Part shown: positions 35,768 through 50,700 of the stretch, one piece after another | Layout of the letters: each line of letters begins with the position of its first letter | How positions within the stretch are numbered: the stretch's first letter is position 1 | Assembly: GCA_012295275.1 (NCBI GenBank) | Contig: CM022667.1 | Location: forward strand, 22,196,001 to 22,260,000 | Reading direction: 5' to 3' | DNA from: Chrysomallon squamiferum | Taxonomy: Eukaryota; Animalia; Mollusca | Length of the DNA stretch: 64,000 nt | The notes under the pieces: generated by a model | What the model saw: only the letters and a program-made list of their open reading frames with translations | What the model was told of the DNA's origin: nothing | The model's database searches: none | Program-made: the position numbers and the translations under genes

Positions 35768-38700
35768 GTGTCCCATAAGTTTCCAAACATATAGTTTTTA
35801 ACATTGTATTTTTCATTTGGTATTCACATACATCACTGATTAGATCAGCAGTTTCCAGGTGCATGGATTGGTTGGCATGTCATGTGGAATGGCCTCCAGG
35901 ATCTCCAGACCTTACCCCACTTGATTTTTATCTCTGGGTGCTTTGAAGGCCATGGTGTATCAGGAAAAGTTACAAAACATAAATCATTTCAAGCAACATA
36001 TCACCAATGCCATTACAAGAATAACTCCAGCTTTTTTCTTTTTCTTTTAATTCTGGCTATGAACAAACTTATTGACTGTTTATAGAAGGTAACTATAGTA
36101 TAAAAATATCATTTTTACATGAATACGTACGTCTCATATAAGCTAACATCATGGTTTTTAGGTAAGAATCTGATGGTAGATGTAGTGTGAGAGTGTGGAG
36201 GAATCATTATAGACTTGTGTTCTATTGTGAAGATTTCTTGAAAGTTTGACATGAACAGTTCAACACCCATGTTGATATTTCCTGCATTTTTCAGCATGAT
36301 TTTCTCTTCTGATTCTTTGTCTATGTTAGACTTCATTATAATTTTCTGAAAACATAAAATCAATAAAGACAGTAATAATAATAATATATATAAAAAAATG
36401 TTTGGTTTGAATGGGATCCTGTTTTTATAAGAGTCTCTTTTGTCCATAAATTTTAGAATCTCAGAATACATTTTTATTTCCCTTCATATATATGCATTTA
36501 TGTAGGGTGTATACTGTACAGTAATTTCATTTTTAACAGTAAAAATCCCCACAAACAAAAATGTTTAAATTCAATTTTATTTTTTAAACACATCAAAGTT
36601 ACATTATGAGTGTCACCATAGGTCTCTGTTTTAAGAAAAATTAGTCCAGGGTGAAGTTATTTCAAAGAACCAAATCTGTCATCATCAATTCTATTTTCAT
36701 GATTTCACCCAAGTATCTTTCATCTTTAGCCAAAGCAAAGTTTCTTAGTTCTTTAACAAGTACTTGACAGTCACTGTACTACATCTCACTGCCTTCTGCG
36801 TGATATTCGTTCTTTTTCTTTAAAATATCTGATACTGTCAAAGTGCTATTTCTGATTTAATTTGTATACAGATTCTTCCACCTTCAGCTGAGTAGACATT
36901 TTACAGTGATTTATATTTATTCTATGTCTGCACTTGATTACATATATCTATGAAATAAATGATAAAATATGTGAATTGTAGATCTTTACTTTCATTTGTA
37001 AATTATGAATAAAATGTGACAGTGAGTAGGGGACTATGTTCCTTCCATAAATCCATGAGATGGTTAACAAGCTTTGTCATAACATCATAGTGAAGATATA
37101 AAACATGATTACAGTTGAAAGGTGCTAAGAAGTCCAACCACACTAATAAGTACCAATCAACAACTAATTACCAGATAGCTAGAATGTAAGTGAAGAAACT
37201 GCATTGTTTCCGGTCAGGCAGCCAGCTAAGCTTACCTGGCTTATGGTTTATCAAGGGTAATTAACAAATAACTTAAGCTTTTGGGATGAAACCTATCTGG
37301 TATCCACAAAATACAGTATATGATTTATTAAGGGTTTTAATACACATGATGTACACATGTAAATTCAGAACCAAAAAATATGGCTGGTGTAGACAGTAAT
37401 CTGGGATAACTGGAGTCTGGTTTTGTCAGTTTCCACTGTGTGTCTGCCTGTCTGTGTGTCATGTATGTGTACATACATACATGCATGCATGCATGCATAC
37501 ATTACACACACACACACAGTTAATTAAATTAATTCACAGTTATTTAAATTTGTATCAATAAGTTTTATGCACTTTCATAAAGATTCATGTCATATTTGGG
37601 AGAAAAATCTAATTAAAAATATCAAAATTATTTTTGACACATTTTTAAATATAATTTTAAAATAAAAAAACAATATTTTATCTACCTGAGATGTAGCAGA
37701 TGTTTTTAGCTTTACAACACCTATAGCAGCTTTTAGAATGACAGAGGTGATGACTTTAGAATTATGAGCTGGAGTGTCAAGCTCTACATCTAATCTGGCC
37801 AAAATTCTCTCAGGGGGCATCCCTGACAGTGATGCAAACAATGCTACAAAAAAGAAAGAAAAAGAAAACAATCATTAAAATAAATTAAATGTTTTCAATT
37901 ATATTTTGCCTGCAATAATTTTAAAAAGTTAGGATTTTAGTGATTAATCTTTACTAATAATAAAATTTGGCAAATATTAAAAACAAATTTATGTTGTGGA
38001 TTAAAAAGTTACAATTGTTTGATGTTGCTCTATATAAAATTATGCAAACTGTCAGGCAAATAAACCAGTGCTATGGTAAAAACAAGAGTGTTTCTTGATT
38101 AAGTAAGACAAATGAAATCTTGTTGATGTCAGAGAAAACAAAGATTACAAACAGAAAACCAAATATTTACTTCTATCTATTTTCTTCACTGGTGTTCTGC
38201 AGTATATTTTAATATGTTCCACTTTTTCTTTGACCTTTTCTTCATAACCTGATAGAGACAGATTGAGTACACTACAGCCAAGAGCTGGTGATGATGGTCT
38301 GTTGTTCTTGGCAACGAGGGACAGATCTTTTGTCTGGCTGCGATTTTCAAATGTGAAACAATGCCAAGCAGAGTTAACCTGTGTTAGAATTAGACATGCT
38401 TTAAACAGATTTCTGTTTAATGCTCATTATCAAATTTTAGAAGCATGATATGAAAGTGACCGTTACTTTGTGATTATTAAAATGCAATTGAATAACACTT
38501 ACCGAGGAAATGACCAAGCGGAGAGGTACTTTAGATTTACCAACATTGAGAACTCCAAACTGCGAGCCAATGCACTGACCCCAGGTCATTTCACCAAAAT
38601 CAATGCAGTCTTCATCACTGGTGATCAACTATGTAATCATAATTAAAAAAATTATACATTATTTTTAATATTTATACCAGTATCTGACATTAGATATTGA

Positions 38701-41700
38701 AGTACTGATAGTATCAATCTTTCCTCTATTTGCATGTTAAAATAAATATAAAATAATAAAAATTTAAATGTTTCTTAAATGTGTCAGGATATCCACAAAC
38801 ATTTTTTTTTTTTAAATTTAAAAACTGTGCACAAAAAAAAGAGAGAGTAGGTACTGATAGGCAATTTTTTCCTCACTTTAATTTCATATGATATTCATGA
38901 ACATTTCTCTGCAGCAAAAAGAAACAAAACACACCAAAAATTATGACTGTCTCCAGCAGTTCAAAAATTATATGCAAATTGGTACAACAGGTATTTGGTC
39001 CATTTTCAACACTATTTTGGCCAACTGTAGTTTGAAAAATAACTGTTTCAAAAGATTTAAAATCAACAAGAGTACTAGGACCAACTTGTTAAATGAGCTC
39101 AATTTTTTTCACACCTGTTTCTTTGTATGTGTGTTCACAATAACATGCTAAACATGCCAAAATCTTCTAACATGTGACAGAATGCTCCTAAAATGACTAA
39201 ACGTGCGAACAGACACTGTGGTTTCAGTTTTGGCCTTATTTGAATAATTCAACCAGTTTGTGAACAATTTGTTAAGATCTTTCAAATGACATACTTGAAT
39301 CTAACATTTTTAATAAAAAAATTATTTTTCTTTTTTTTTTTCTCTGTCAAACCCATAAAAAATGACCTTTTCAACTTGAAGTAAAAATGTGAGTCAGTGC
39401 ACAGCTTGGTCCACAGCAACCATGTATTTTCTGGCACTGTAAGCCCCAAAATTTGAGAAAAGAAGTCGGGGTAGTTTCTGCATGAATTAATTAGAATTTA
39501 ACATTTATTTGTTGTTTTTTATAGTTTAAAAAGCAGCTGATCTGCCATTGCAGCAGTCATTGAAAGAAATTTTTTTTTTTTTATTTTGATTCTTTTTTTA
39601 TTATTAATAATTTTTTATTTATAGCTCAACATATGTTTGAACTTCAGATGCATTTTATCTTAGAGCCATAGTGCATTTTAGATAAATGAAACCGGGGTGG
39701 CCATTTAAAAAAAATCTCAACAAAGAACCCTAACTGATATGGGTTAAAAACCTTTATGCAGAACAGCACAACTTTATTTACATAAACAGCTTGAATTTTC
39801 ATTCTATTAAATAAGTAGTAGTAATAAGTTAATAAGTAATAATACACTGTGAAGTGTATATATCATATTATATATAAATGTTACTTAAAAGGACTACAAT
39901 GTTTGATGTTTATCTATAATCCTCTGCAATACATAACCTCAGCTAGTCCTTTAAGTCTACACTTCAGAAAGGTGTTGCAGGTATTAATTAGGGGCAATAA
40001 AATGTATGTAATCATGAGACTAGAGGCAATTAAAGACACTGGTGTTGTAAGTCTGTCATCTGAAGCAGACATAAAATAATTTTCTTAGCTTTGGACTTGC
40101 TGTGATTTGACAGCAAACAAAAGTTATCGATCATCTGACCATTGTTGAAATTTTCTCTGATATGCTCTAAGTTTTAAAACTGATCAATTTATGATTTATA
40201 TATTAAAAAATAGTGATTTGTTTTTTATTCAGAATTCCATCACTACCTCTAAATACATGGTTCTGTTATGTTGTATAGTTTGTTATGTTTATGATTCTTA
40301 ATTCAGCTTTTATTGCAAGAATTTTTGAAGTAAAAATCAACTGTTTTAGAACGGAATATAGTAATTGTCAAAACCCAATGTTAATTCATTTATTTCAAAA
40401 TGTATTCTTATTATATTCAGTAAGTCATAATATATAATAAAACATGCATCCTACAAGTTATTAAAAATATAATCAATACAGAAATATAATCATTTCAAAT
40501 AGCACCAGTTTTTTTTATGCACATAAAATCTACAGTGATTTGCCCAGTAGGAAACAATTTACGGTGATTTTGCTACACATGTGCCATAATGTATATGGAA
40601 AAAGTAGGAACATTGAAGAAAAACATACAGCCAATAAGTTATTAAAAATATAAACATATAAATATAATCATTTTAAACAGCACCAGACCTTTCTAGTTGT
40701 ACATAAAATCTATGATGATTTTGCTCTGTAAAAGATGTAAATTAATGGCAATTTTGCTAAGCACATGCTACTTTCAAATGCGGAGCTTCTCTATGCCAAA
40801 GAAGGCACACTGCAGTGTTGGACATTGTTTAAAAAGTAATTGAATGAGCTTTCATTTGATCCTGTGAATGTAGGTTTTATTTTCAGCCAGACTGTTTTAA
40901 ATTGGTTATGGAGGCAAGGAAAGTATATTTTTGGACACAACTTTTGATATAAGCCATTGCCAGCGACGACATGCACACTGTTAGAAAGATTGAAGTTTGA
41001 CCCTCCCAACTGTGTTAAAAATAACATTGAAGCCATTTTTGTGTAGACAAGCCAGATATTTGTAGAGTAACGCTATTTTAGGACTTTTTACTCCATGCTG
41101 TTAATTGCTGACCACGGATGCCAAAGTGCTTTTACACCATGGCATTTAACACTCTCGTACAAAGGTCTGGTTTCACATACAATAAAAACAACATTTGGGA
41201 GTGGAGGAAAATGTACAAAGTCTGAACTTTTAACAGTTTGACCAATTATATCGGCTAGTCTGCTGGTACCTAGACAGAGAGAGAAAAATGAAAAGTAAGA
41301 CAAATAAAAGATGTGAAAAAAGACATACAGACTTTGAAAAAAATATTTAACCATATTTAATTTTTGTTAGTTACCTCTATTTTGGGAACTTCAGCAACAG
41401 CTTGCATTGTCAACGTGATGGGTTGATATATGGGTGATGGCTGAACGTCAACTTGGAAATATTGGCTGTAGATTATTACATCAGCCACATAAGTCCCTGC
41501 AACTGATGGCAAAAATATCACCTACAATATAAAATATACCGCAAAATATGTACATCTACAAAGGAGATTACTGATATTTTGCATTTGAAGATGTCATAGA
41601 AATTCATTCTACAAAACATTTTAAAACTGATAAATATATTTAACATTTAAACTGTCTTTGCTATAACAAAACCAAATCCAGGATAGCTATGCTGTTATAA

Positions 41701-44700
41701 AAACATACAGCAACAAATAATTTTAATGATAACAGCTGAAATATCCCACTAGTTAAATTAAATTAGTTATAGACAATATAGTTATAAAAACAGTAAAACT
41801 GGCTTAAGGAAATTATAACTGTGCCTACTCTAACACTCTCCTCTGAATCTGGCTGAATAATTATCTTCCTTGGGAGGTCAAATGGAGAATGGACCTCTGG
41901 GTCCACCTCTCGTCCATTTAATATCAGTGAGCAGATGCGAATAGAACATTCGAGCCAGCGAGGAGAGGGGTTTTTTAGTGGAAGAATGGTTTCTATGGAA
42001 GTCTCTGTACAGCAAATCATTGGGAAGGCAAGCAGACTTGGAGCTGTCAGCAATGACGACTTACACGGAGTCACAGAAATGGAAGTATTATCTGTGAAAT
42101 AAAAAAAATGGATGTACTTTATAAAAAAAGGTCTTGTGTACCATTAAAATGTAGTATGTATATAAATAGATACATTTTTCTTCTTATTCATAATTTCAAT
42201 TTTGTTATATATCACATTGCTTCACATTTGAAAATGCAGCTCTTTGAAAACATATACAAGTGAAATTCAAATTTTTTTACTACGAACAACAGAGAAAAGA
42301 TACCTGTATGTAGTTTGATCTCACTGACTGGTATTGTTGAAAACACAGATCTGGTATGGCTGGGAGTAACATAAGTGATAGAACCCATATTCTGTGGATA
42401 GAAAGGCGTGCTCTGACATCTCGGAGTAAAGTGTGAAATATCTGGTCCAAGATCTCGGAAAGAGTGCAGGGTGTGATCCTCTATATGACTGATAAAATGA
42501 CTGGAGTTCAATGTAGCTGGCATTCTGACATGAACCTGGCCCTTGACAGGAACATAATATGGTTTGTCTGTGATCCGAGAGAGATTTCGGTTTGCCTTTT
42601 CTGGGCTCAGCTGAGAACAAGATAAGCTTTCACGTAAAGGTTCAAATGTTGACATGTCCGGCACATAGTTTGTTACCTGCATGAAAGAGGGTGTTGAAAC
42701 ACAGCCAGTCATTTGATTACTGACCTGTCTTGTACAGAAAGCATCAATGTTCTGATCTTTGTCACCAACAGATACAAATTCAGTTTGAGAAACTGGTGCA
42801 TTCACTGAACATCTGTTCATTATTGAAGAAATGGTTCCACTGATATTCACCATCGGACTATGGGTTGTATTCCTAGATATGTTTTGTAAGCTTGAGACAT
42901 GATCTTCAACAGTGTTTTTAAATATGCTATTTTTAGCTTTAACAAATCTATGACTTGCAGATATGTTGTTAGAAGGGACAGATGAACAGGAACTATCATT
43001 ATCATTGTTGACTGAAGTAATTTGGTTTGATGTCACCACTGATTTCACTGATGAGGAATAGTCTCTGTCATTCTTGAGTGATGGCTGAATGGATGATTCA
43101 ATACTGACAACACCATAACCTCGAGATTCAGCCATCTGAATGTCAGATGTGCCCACTAAATGTTCTCGTGACAGCTGTTTATCTGTGCTAAGATAGTTTG
43201 ACACTGTGCTGTATTCTGTACCATCAGGTTCATGATGACCAACAATATCACACCTGTATCCAGTGTCAATTCTGTGTGCAGAATGGTCACAATCATGTGA
43301 TGGGACATCATCATAATTGTTATCACCTCCACACCTATCAACACTGTTGTCTTGGCTGATCTTTTTTCCACAAGCCATTCGTCCACCAAGACTCATGCGT
43401 GGAGACATCCACACAGAATCAGGTTCTACCAATTCTCTTGACATCAACTTCATATCTTTTATTCTGCATTTTGGGTTCAGTTTTGTATCTCTCTCACTGT
43501 TTTCAGAAAGCTGAGAAGAAACATTCTGAAATGTTACATTCTTTCCAACTGCTTTATGACCATTTTGTTTTTGGTCAATTTCATTTTCTGCATTCAGTCT
43601 ACTTACTGAACTGTCCTTCTGCTCTGCAGTGTGATGTGAAAGTTCTGAGCTTCTGGAATCTTTATATTGACATGGTGATGTATTTTCACAAAGAACTGTT
43701 GATTTCTTGCTGTTTTTTATTTCAGCAACCTTGGAATTGTTTCTGTGATTTGGTTCACTAGCTGAAGCTGTTTGAGAAGCTGTTGTCAGGGAATAAGCTT
43801 TTGGTGACATTTGTTTGTAAGAAGAACTCTGTTGTCTTTTATTTGTTTTAGGAATTCCAACATTTGAACCTTTTTTAACTGGAAGTCGAGACACATTAGA
43901 TGCCTTAGAATCTCTAGTAACATTTTTGTCAGACTTGGAAGAATGAGTCTTGGATGAGTTGGATGACTTTGTCTTGACCATTTGGACCAAATTTTTAATG
44001 AAATTACTAGGAGAACCATCTGTTGGCGGTTTGCGGAGGAAACTCATTAAGGCACTGGAATCAATCAGTGTAGTTTTGTCAGAAAGTACTGTCTGGTCTG
44101 GTACAGCTTGTGACTGGTGTGAGTCATCTGTAATATGGCTCTCATCACACTTTTCATCACTGAATGGTCTCTCCAAGTCTTCCACAACAAGTGTGCTGTC
44201 TGAACAGGAGGAATGGGATAATAACAAATCCAGTATAAACATACAAACAAATCCAGTATAAAAATACAAACCAATTTCATTTATAAAAAAATTATTTTAT
44301 TATTAATTCACAAACACAGACATGAAAGATCATTTAAGGGACAAACCAGGTAAAAAAATTTGAATGAATTAGTTTTTGATATGACACTTTAGAAAACATA
44401 CATAAAAAGATGCTGCATGAAAACTGTTTATGCTAGAGTTTCCAAATTTAGAATATATATTTCGTTACAAGAAATTTTCAAGAACACCCTCAGAACACCC
44501 CAAAAAACTAAAAATATTTTGATTTTATTTATGATCAAATATTACGAACTAATGATGTTGCAATAAAATCTAGAGTTTACCACCATCTTCATCTCCAACA
44601 CCTGATGTTCTATACAGAGGAGCTGGCTGTTTACTACTAGGTGGTGACTTCACATCCATGCCAAACTCAGGCTGAAAAAATTTAATAATTCTTTAATTCT

Positions 44701-47700
44701 GAGAACATATTGAAAACTTCAATGAAGAATATATAAATCATTTAATAATAATAAAATGTACCCAGTGAACTAATCTGTTAGAGCAATTATGTATAATCAT
44801 AGAAAGAAAATGAAAGTATAGAATTTTATAAGAATTTAATCTTGAATTGTTCTCTCTAAATTCAGAATATAACTATAAAACTACATTAATTTGTTCTTTT
44901 TTTACTAACACATTGTTTTGTTGTACATAAACTGTTATTACTTAAACTTTTGTAACATGATAATAGAATCAAACAATGAATGGTTGCTAAACCTTTGCAA
45001 CTGAATTAAAAAAACAACTAGACCTGACCTATAAATATTCCTCATGAATTAATATTCTGTGAATCCATTCAGAAGTCAAGCATACTATTTCCCTTTTTTC
45101 AACATGACTATAAAGAAACATATATAGCAGATTTTGTGTATTTCTATGACTTAACAAGGAATTAATTAACTAATTTTTAAATTTTCTTTTACAGATTAGT
45201 TAATTAAAATAATATAATATAATCTCAGTAGAGAAAACAACTTTTTTTACCCGAGGATAATGTGGATTTCCATCTAGTGTACCAAGGTTCTCTGTGCGTG
45301 TTGCCCAGTACAGACCCATAGATGCATTCATTAAAGGATTGTATTCATCCCATGATGAATGGCTATTTGCCACAATACTTCGATAGGATGAATGTAGATC
45401 AGGGTCCATTTGTGCATCCTATAATCCACATTGAAAATAGTTTATTATTACTTAGTTAATCAACAGTATTTCAATATAAATAATGTTTATTATTTGCAAT
45501 TCTAAAATATTTATAAAATAATTTATAAAATATTTTGTATCCCAAAGTTGTATAAATTTAATATTTTATGCACAGTATAACTATGCTGAAATTCTTAATC
45601 CAAACTAGTACAAAATGATATTAAATCTAATAATCATATAAAAACCTTTCTAAAAATATTTTCTTGAAAAAATTCTTCTTCATCTGCATTGAGCATTTCT
45701 TGTCCTGCACCTGAAGTCAGTAAATACAATGATTAGAAATAAATAAAAAAATATTTAACTTTTATCATAATTTTTAACAATCTATATTCATAAGAAAATA
45801 AATGAAGAATTTTTAAGTATTTTTGTTTAAAAATAGAGGTTGCTCAAAACAAACAAAGTGACAGGCAGGGTAGAAGGTAGTTGTGCTCTGTGGTAGGAAC
45901 CAGAGCCTTGGGAACATTTTGTTTTGCATATCCAGTACTGACACGGCTACAACTTATGTTAATGTTGTTTTTGGGTTGTTTGTTTAAAAATTATTATCGG
46001 CTTTTATTTAGTTTTGAACGTTTGTCAGAATTTTTTTTAACAAGAATGTAACGTTGGATTTAATTGGATTTTAAGGACGCTTGGGAACAATGAAACAAAA
46101 AAACAATTTTTTTTTTCTTTTATTGGAAGTATTGTAAGGAGAAAATAGCCATTATAACCATATATCTTGGCTTTTTCTTTTGCACTGTACCTGAATCTAA
46201 AAAGTTATCTTCTAAAGGCAGGAGTGAATTGTTATCTGTCTGAAACATTTCTTTCTGCTTGGTAGCCTCATTAGTCAAAGACTTCTTCAGAGCCAAGTTT
46301 GTGTTTTTAGGACTGTTATCAAACATATTTGATCCTGAGCTATTCATAAATGTTGCTACAAATATTAAAAAAATATTTTGTATCTTAATTATTTAAAATA
46401 ATAATTCATGCATACACTGCACACAGAAGAGTTATTTCTGTATTTGATGATAATAACTTAGTTTAACTTTCAAATTATCTATCCATCATAAAAATAATAT
46501 CATTACAAAAAAGTGGGTAATTTGACGGAGTCTTGTGGTTACAAGTGACATAATCTGAAATTCATAAAAATTACACATTAAACTTGGTACTGGCAGCCTA
46601 ATTTTTAATCCATTTAATTATATATAACATGAAAGAAAATAAGTAGAAAATGAAAGCTGAAGAATAAAAAAACAAAACACACAAAAAATTCTTACTCTGT
46701 TTCTATTGGTTCAAAAGATACATGCCAATCAGTCTCATTGGTAATTGGTATATTTTGGTAAATTGAAGGAAAGAGCAACTTTGGCCAGTTGTAGTTTGAA
46801 AAAATAACTGATATAAAAGACTTATATTAACAAGAGTGCTAGGACCAACTTGTTAAATGAACTAAATTTTTGGCAGAGTTGTAAATTTATCTGCATGTTC
46901 ACAATAATATATTGAACTATCGCAGTAATGTTTGTCAAAATGGAAGGCAGATGAATGCCCCTAAAATGATTTAAAGTTCAAACAGAGGCTGTGGTTTCAG
47001 TTTTGGTCTCATTTGAAAAATTCAACCAGTATTGTGAACAATTAGTCAAGATCTTTCAAATGACATACTTATGTCTAATATTTTCAATAAACAAAAATTT
47101 GTTCTGCCCATGCCAATAAAAAAAATGATTACCTTTTTAATTTGAAGTAAAATTGTGAGTCAGTGCTCCCTTATGTTTGGTCCCTAGCAACATATATTTT
47201 TTGCGCCTTAAGCCCCAAAACTTTGAGAAAAACAAATCAGGGAGTTTCAGCAATAATTAATTAGAATTTAACATTTATGTGTTGTTGTTTATAGTTTAAA
47301 GAGCAGCAGATCTGCCTTTGCAATTAAAGGCAATTAAAGGCATAGGTGTTATAAATCTGTCATTTGAAGCAGACATAAAAGAATTTTCAAAGCTTTTTAC
47401 TTTTGCGGTGATTTAAGTTTTGAAACTGGTCAGTTTATGATTTTATGATATTAAAAAAGTGATTAGTTTTTATCATTATCTCTGGTATACATTATACCAC
47501 AAGAATTTTGAAAGCGAAACAATAACCTGTCTTAGAACGAAAGAGCGTGTAATCAGCAAATTATGATGTTAATTCATTTATTTCTGAACATATTGCCATT
47601 AAATACAGCATAAATCAGAACACTGAAGAAAAACATGCTTCCTACAAGTTACTAAAAATATGAACAACATAGAAATATAACTGTTTTAAATAGCACCAGT

Positions 47701-50700
47701 TCCTTTTAGTTGCAATTTGACCCTGTAAAAAACATAATTTATTGTGATTTTTGCTAAGCACACAGAGCTGCTCTCACCAAAGGGTTGCACATTGTTTGAA
47801 AGTAATTGAATGAGCTTTCATTTGTAGGATTTATTTTCTGGCTGTGGCTGATCATGGGTGGCAGAGTTTGTTTTCCCCAACACATTTAGCCCTCTCATAC
47901 AAAGTACTGATTTAATACACAAAAAACATCATCACCCTTCAAAAGAACACATAATAATCTGTATATCTGTCTTTCATGTTATGTTTTACAGATGTGATTT
48001 GGGAGTGGAAGAAAAAACACAAAATTTACCCTTTTAATAGCTTTGTCAAATTATTTTGGTAAGGCTGCTGGTACCAAATTAAACACTATAGTTTATTCTG
48101 AACAGCTCAGTATATGGATATAAAAACCTGAACGCAAAATGAATATATTTACTGTTATTGGCTGAATTAACTGAATTATCTGTCTTTGACATTCCAAATG
48201 AACCCAGTGATGACTGCATAACATCTAAAGATTCTGGCACCTAAAACAAAAGAAAAGAAAAAGAAAAAATATATATTTTTACATTAATTTTATATTTCAT
48301 ATTCACTGGTATCTGAAAATAATAAACTGTGATGAACTGAGCTGTAATGAGGTTCAAAGACAATAATAAAGAGTTTTTAAAAAACGAAAACAAAGACTAA
48401 AATCAGCATCATTCATAATGAATTTGTTATTTTTCTGTGCATTTGAATGAAAAAATAAATGTTAACCTTTCTTTCATCTTTAACTGTCTGCTCTATGCCA
48501 GGCATCATACTGTCACAGACTGCACTGCTCTGAAACACACTGTCACCAGCAGGAGAAGGTATGCTGTCAATGAAATTGTCTACACTTGGTGCCAGATACC
48601 ATGACTCTAGCAGTTTAGCATTAGCTGTTGTGAGCTGTATTCCTGTCTAGATTCAAATAAAAAATTATAAATTTTTATAGAACTTTTATTTTAATCTGCT
48701 TTCTTAGCTAATGTCCAGTACTGATTCAAAGAACAATGGTAAATTAAAATTTTTTTATATCTGTCTTCCTAACCTGGTGAGTATTTTATAACATGTCAAA
48801 TAACACTTCATAAATATTAATCCTTGGGCAACACAAATACAGCTTAACAGGTGTTGCTTAACTTTTCTGTGCTTTAACAGTTAACATATAAAGATTTATC
48901 ACTCTGTATCTATTATTCACATCCATTTAGTGGATATGAACTTTTAACAGTTAGTTTCCTTAAATTTTAAAAAAGAAGAAAAAGAGAAATAGTACTTCAA
49001 AATTAGCTTGTTGTTTGTTTGATGCAGCCTGAAGAAATGAGTATGAGTTGGTGTCTGTCAGCAAATCATCTCCCATTGGTCGAATCCTCTCTTCCTAAAA
49101 CAATTTGAAATTTATCTGTAAAACACATTCTTTTCTAAATAATAATAATAATGTACAAAAATTAAAAAAAATTATATATAACAGTTATGATTTGCATAAC
49201 AAAGCATAATATTTTCTTTAACTCTTTAACTGTAAACAGTCCTAGATTAATTCTGCACTTAAACATAATTTACAACATGAAACTAACACATATCAATTTA
49301 CTTAGATAAAAAAACAAATAAGCAAGAAGTTGTAATGAACCTCTGGAAAAGCATCAGGTCTATATGGTGATGTTTGATAGTCAGTCACTGGAGCAAACTT
49401 GTGAGGATTTGGCTGATGGCTTACCAAAGTAGCAGTATTCTGACCATCATCACTAATGAAAGAAAAACTTTTTTTGAAATGAAGATAAAAGAAGACATAT
49501 GGTAAAACATTAAAAGTTAGTGATTTTGTTATTTCAGCAGAAACATCAACTATTTGAACTTTTATATTTTGTGAGGAATAACTCATTAAAAGGAAAAAGA
49601 AGTATCAAAATAAAAGATTATTTTTAATAACTTTACCTAATGCTGTAGATAAACATATGGATTACACTATATACAGATATATATATATTTTTAAATACAT
49701 TTTTTTTGCAAATGACCTTTCATTCCCACTAGATCCATCACCTCCCCCTCCACCATCTCCAGATAAGGGTGAGGACATGATTTCCCCTTCTGCTGACTGC
49801 CGCAACATCATAGAAAATCTGATGGCCTCTGGCTCTCCTGGCTGTCCTTCAAGGCCTATGAACAGTAACATAAGAATGATAATGTATTTTCACAAATGAC
49901 ATAATGTATTTAAAATTTTATTAAAATGTTGGTTAGATTAAACTCAGTCACCAAAATTTTTTTTTTTTTTTAAATTAGAAAGCAACAATTGTATAGTAGA
50001 TAGACTTTATAAAACACAAACCTGGTCTTGGAGACTGCTGTCCTATATTTTCATTGTTTTGTTTTTCTCCCTCTTCTAAAGCTAAAGTCTGCTTCCAAAA
50101 ACAAATTTAAAAAATAATCAGTTTAATATACAGTAGATTATTAATGATGTTTTGGGGGTGTTTTTTTTCAAAAGATCTCTTTTTTTTTTGGTGGATATTT
50201 TATCAAAATAGAAAACAAATAATTATGATGACAGCCCTTTTCAAGATTCTAAAATCCAATAAAACCTTAGAACTTGAAAAATTAGAGTTTGTGAATTTGT
50301 AAATAATTACTTAATATAAATATGAAGATGTAATTCTAGAAAACAAACATAGCTAAACTATCTAAGCAACCATTAGAAAGGAACAAACATATTACAGTAT
50401 TATAAAATTAAGAAAATGTAAATTTCTAACAAACAATTTACCATTCTTGCAGCCTCTAATTCATCATCTGTGTCTATTTCACTTCCATTATTTTTGTACA
50501 ACTGCTGCCTGTGTTCTGAATGCAAAGATCTCTGTCCTTCATTTTGTCCTACAAAATAATTAATCAAAATTTATAAAATTTATTGAAGTTAAATAGCTAG
50601 AATCATTATTTGCATTAAAATGTATGATAGCAAGTTTTGGAAGAGGAGTTGAAATTTAATGTTTGAACAATCTTAAACAGGCACAAATGACTACAGCTAA

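Noticed and set aside
36660-36830. Short open frame YSDCQVLVKELRNFALAKDERYLGEIMK in a CEP192 intron
   Set aside because: It ends in a stop, is not needed for phase continuity and has no recognisable homology.
42092-42303. CEP192 intron with a U12-like donor GTATCTTTT
   Set aside because: The 3' end has a normal polypyrimidine tract (TTTTTTTTATTTCACAG) and no CCTTAAC-like branch site; most likely U2-type.
42212-44269. 685-aa ORF as a standalone gene
   Set aside because: It is the large internal CEP192 exon (44199-42304) read through into the flanking introns.
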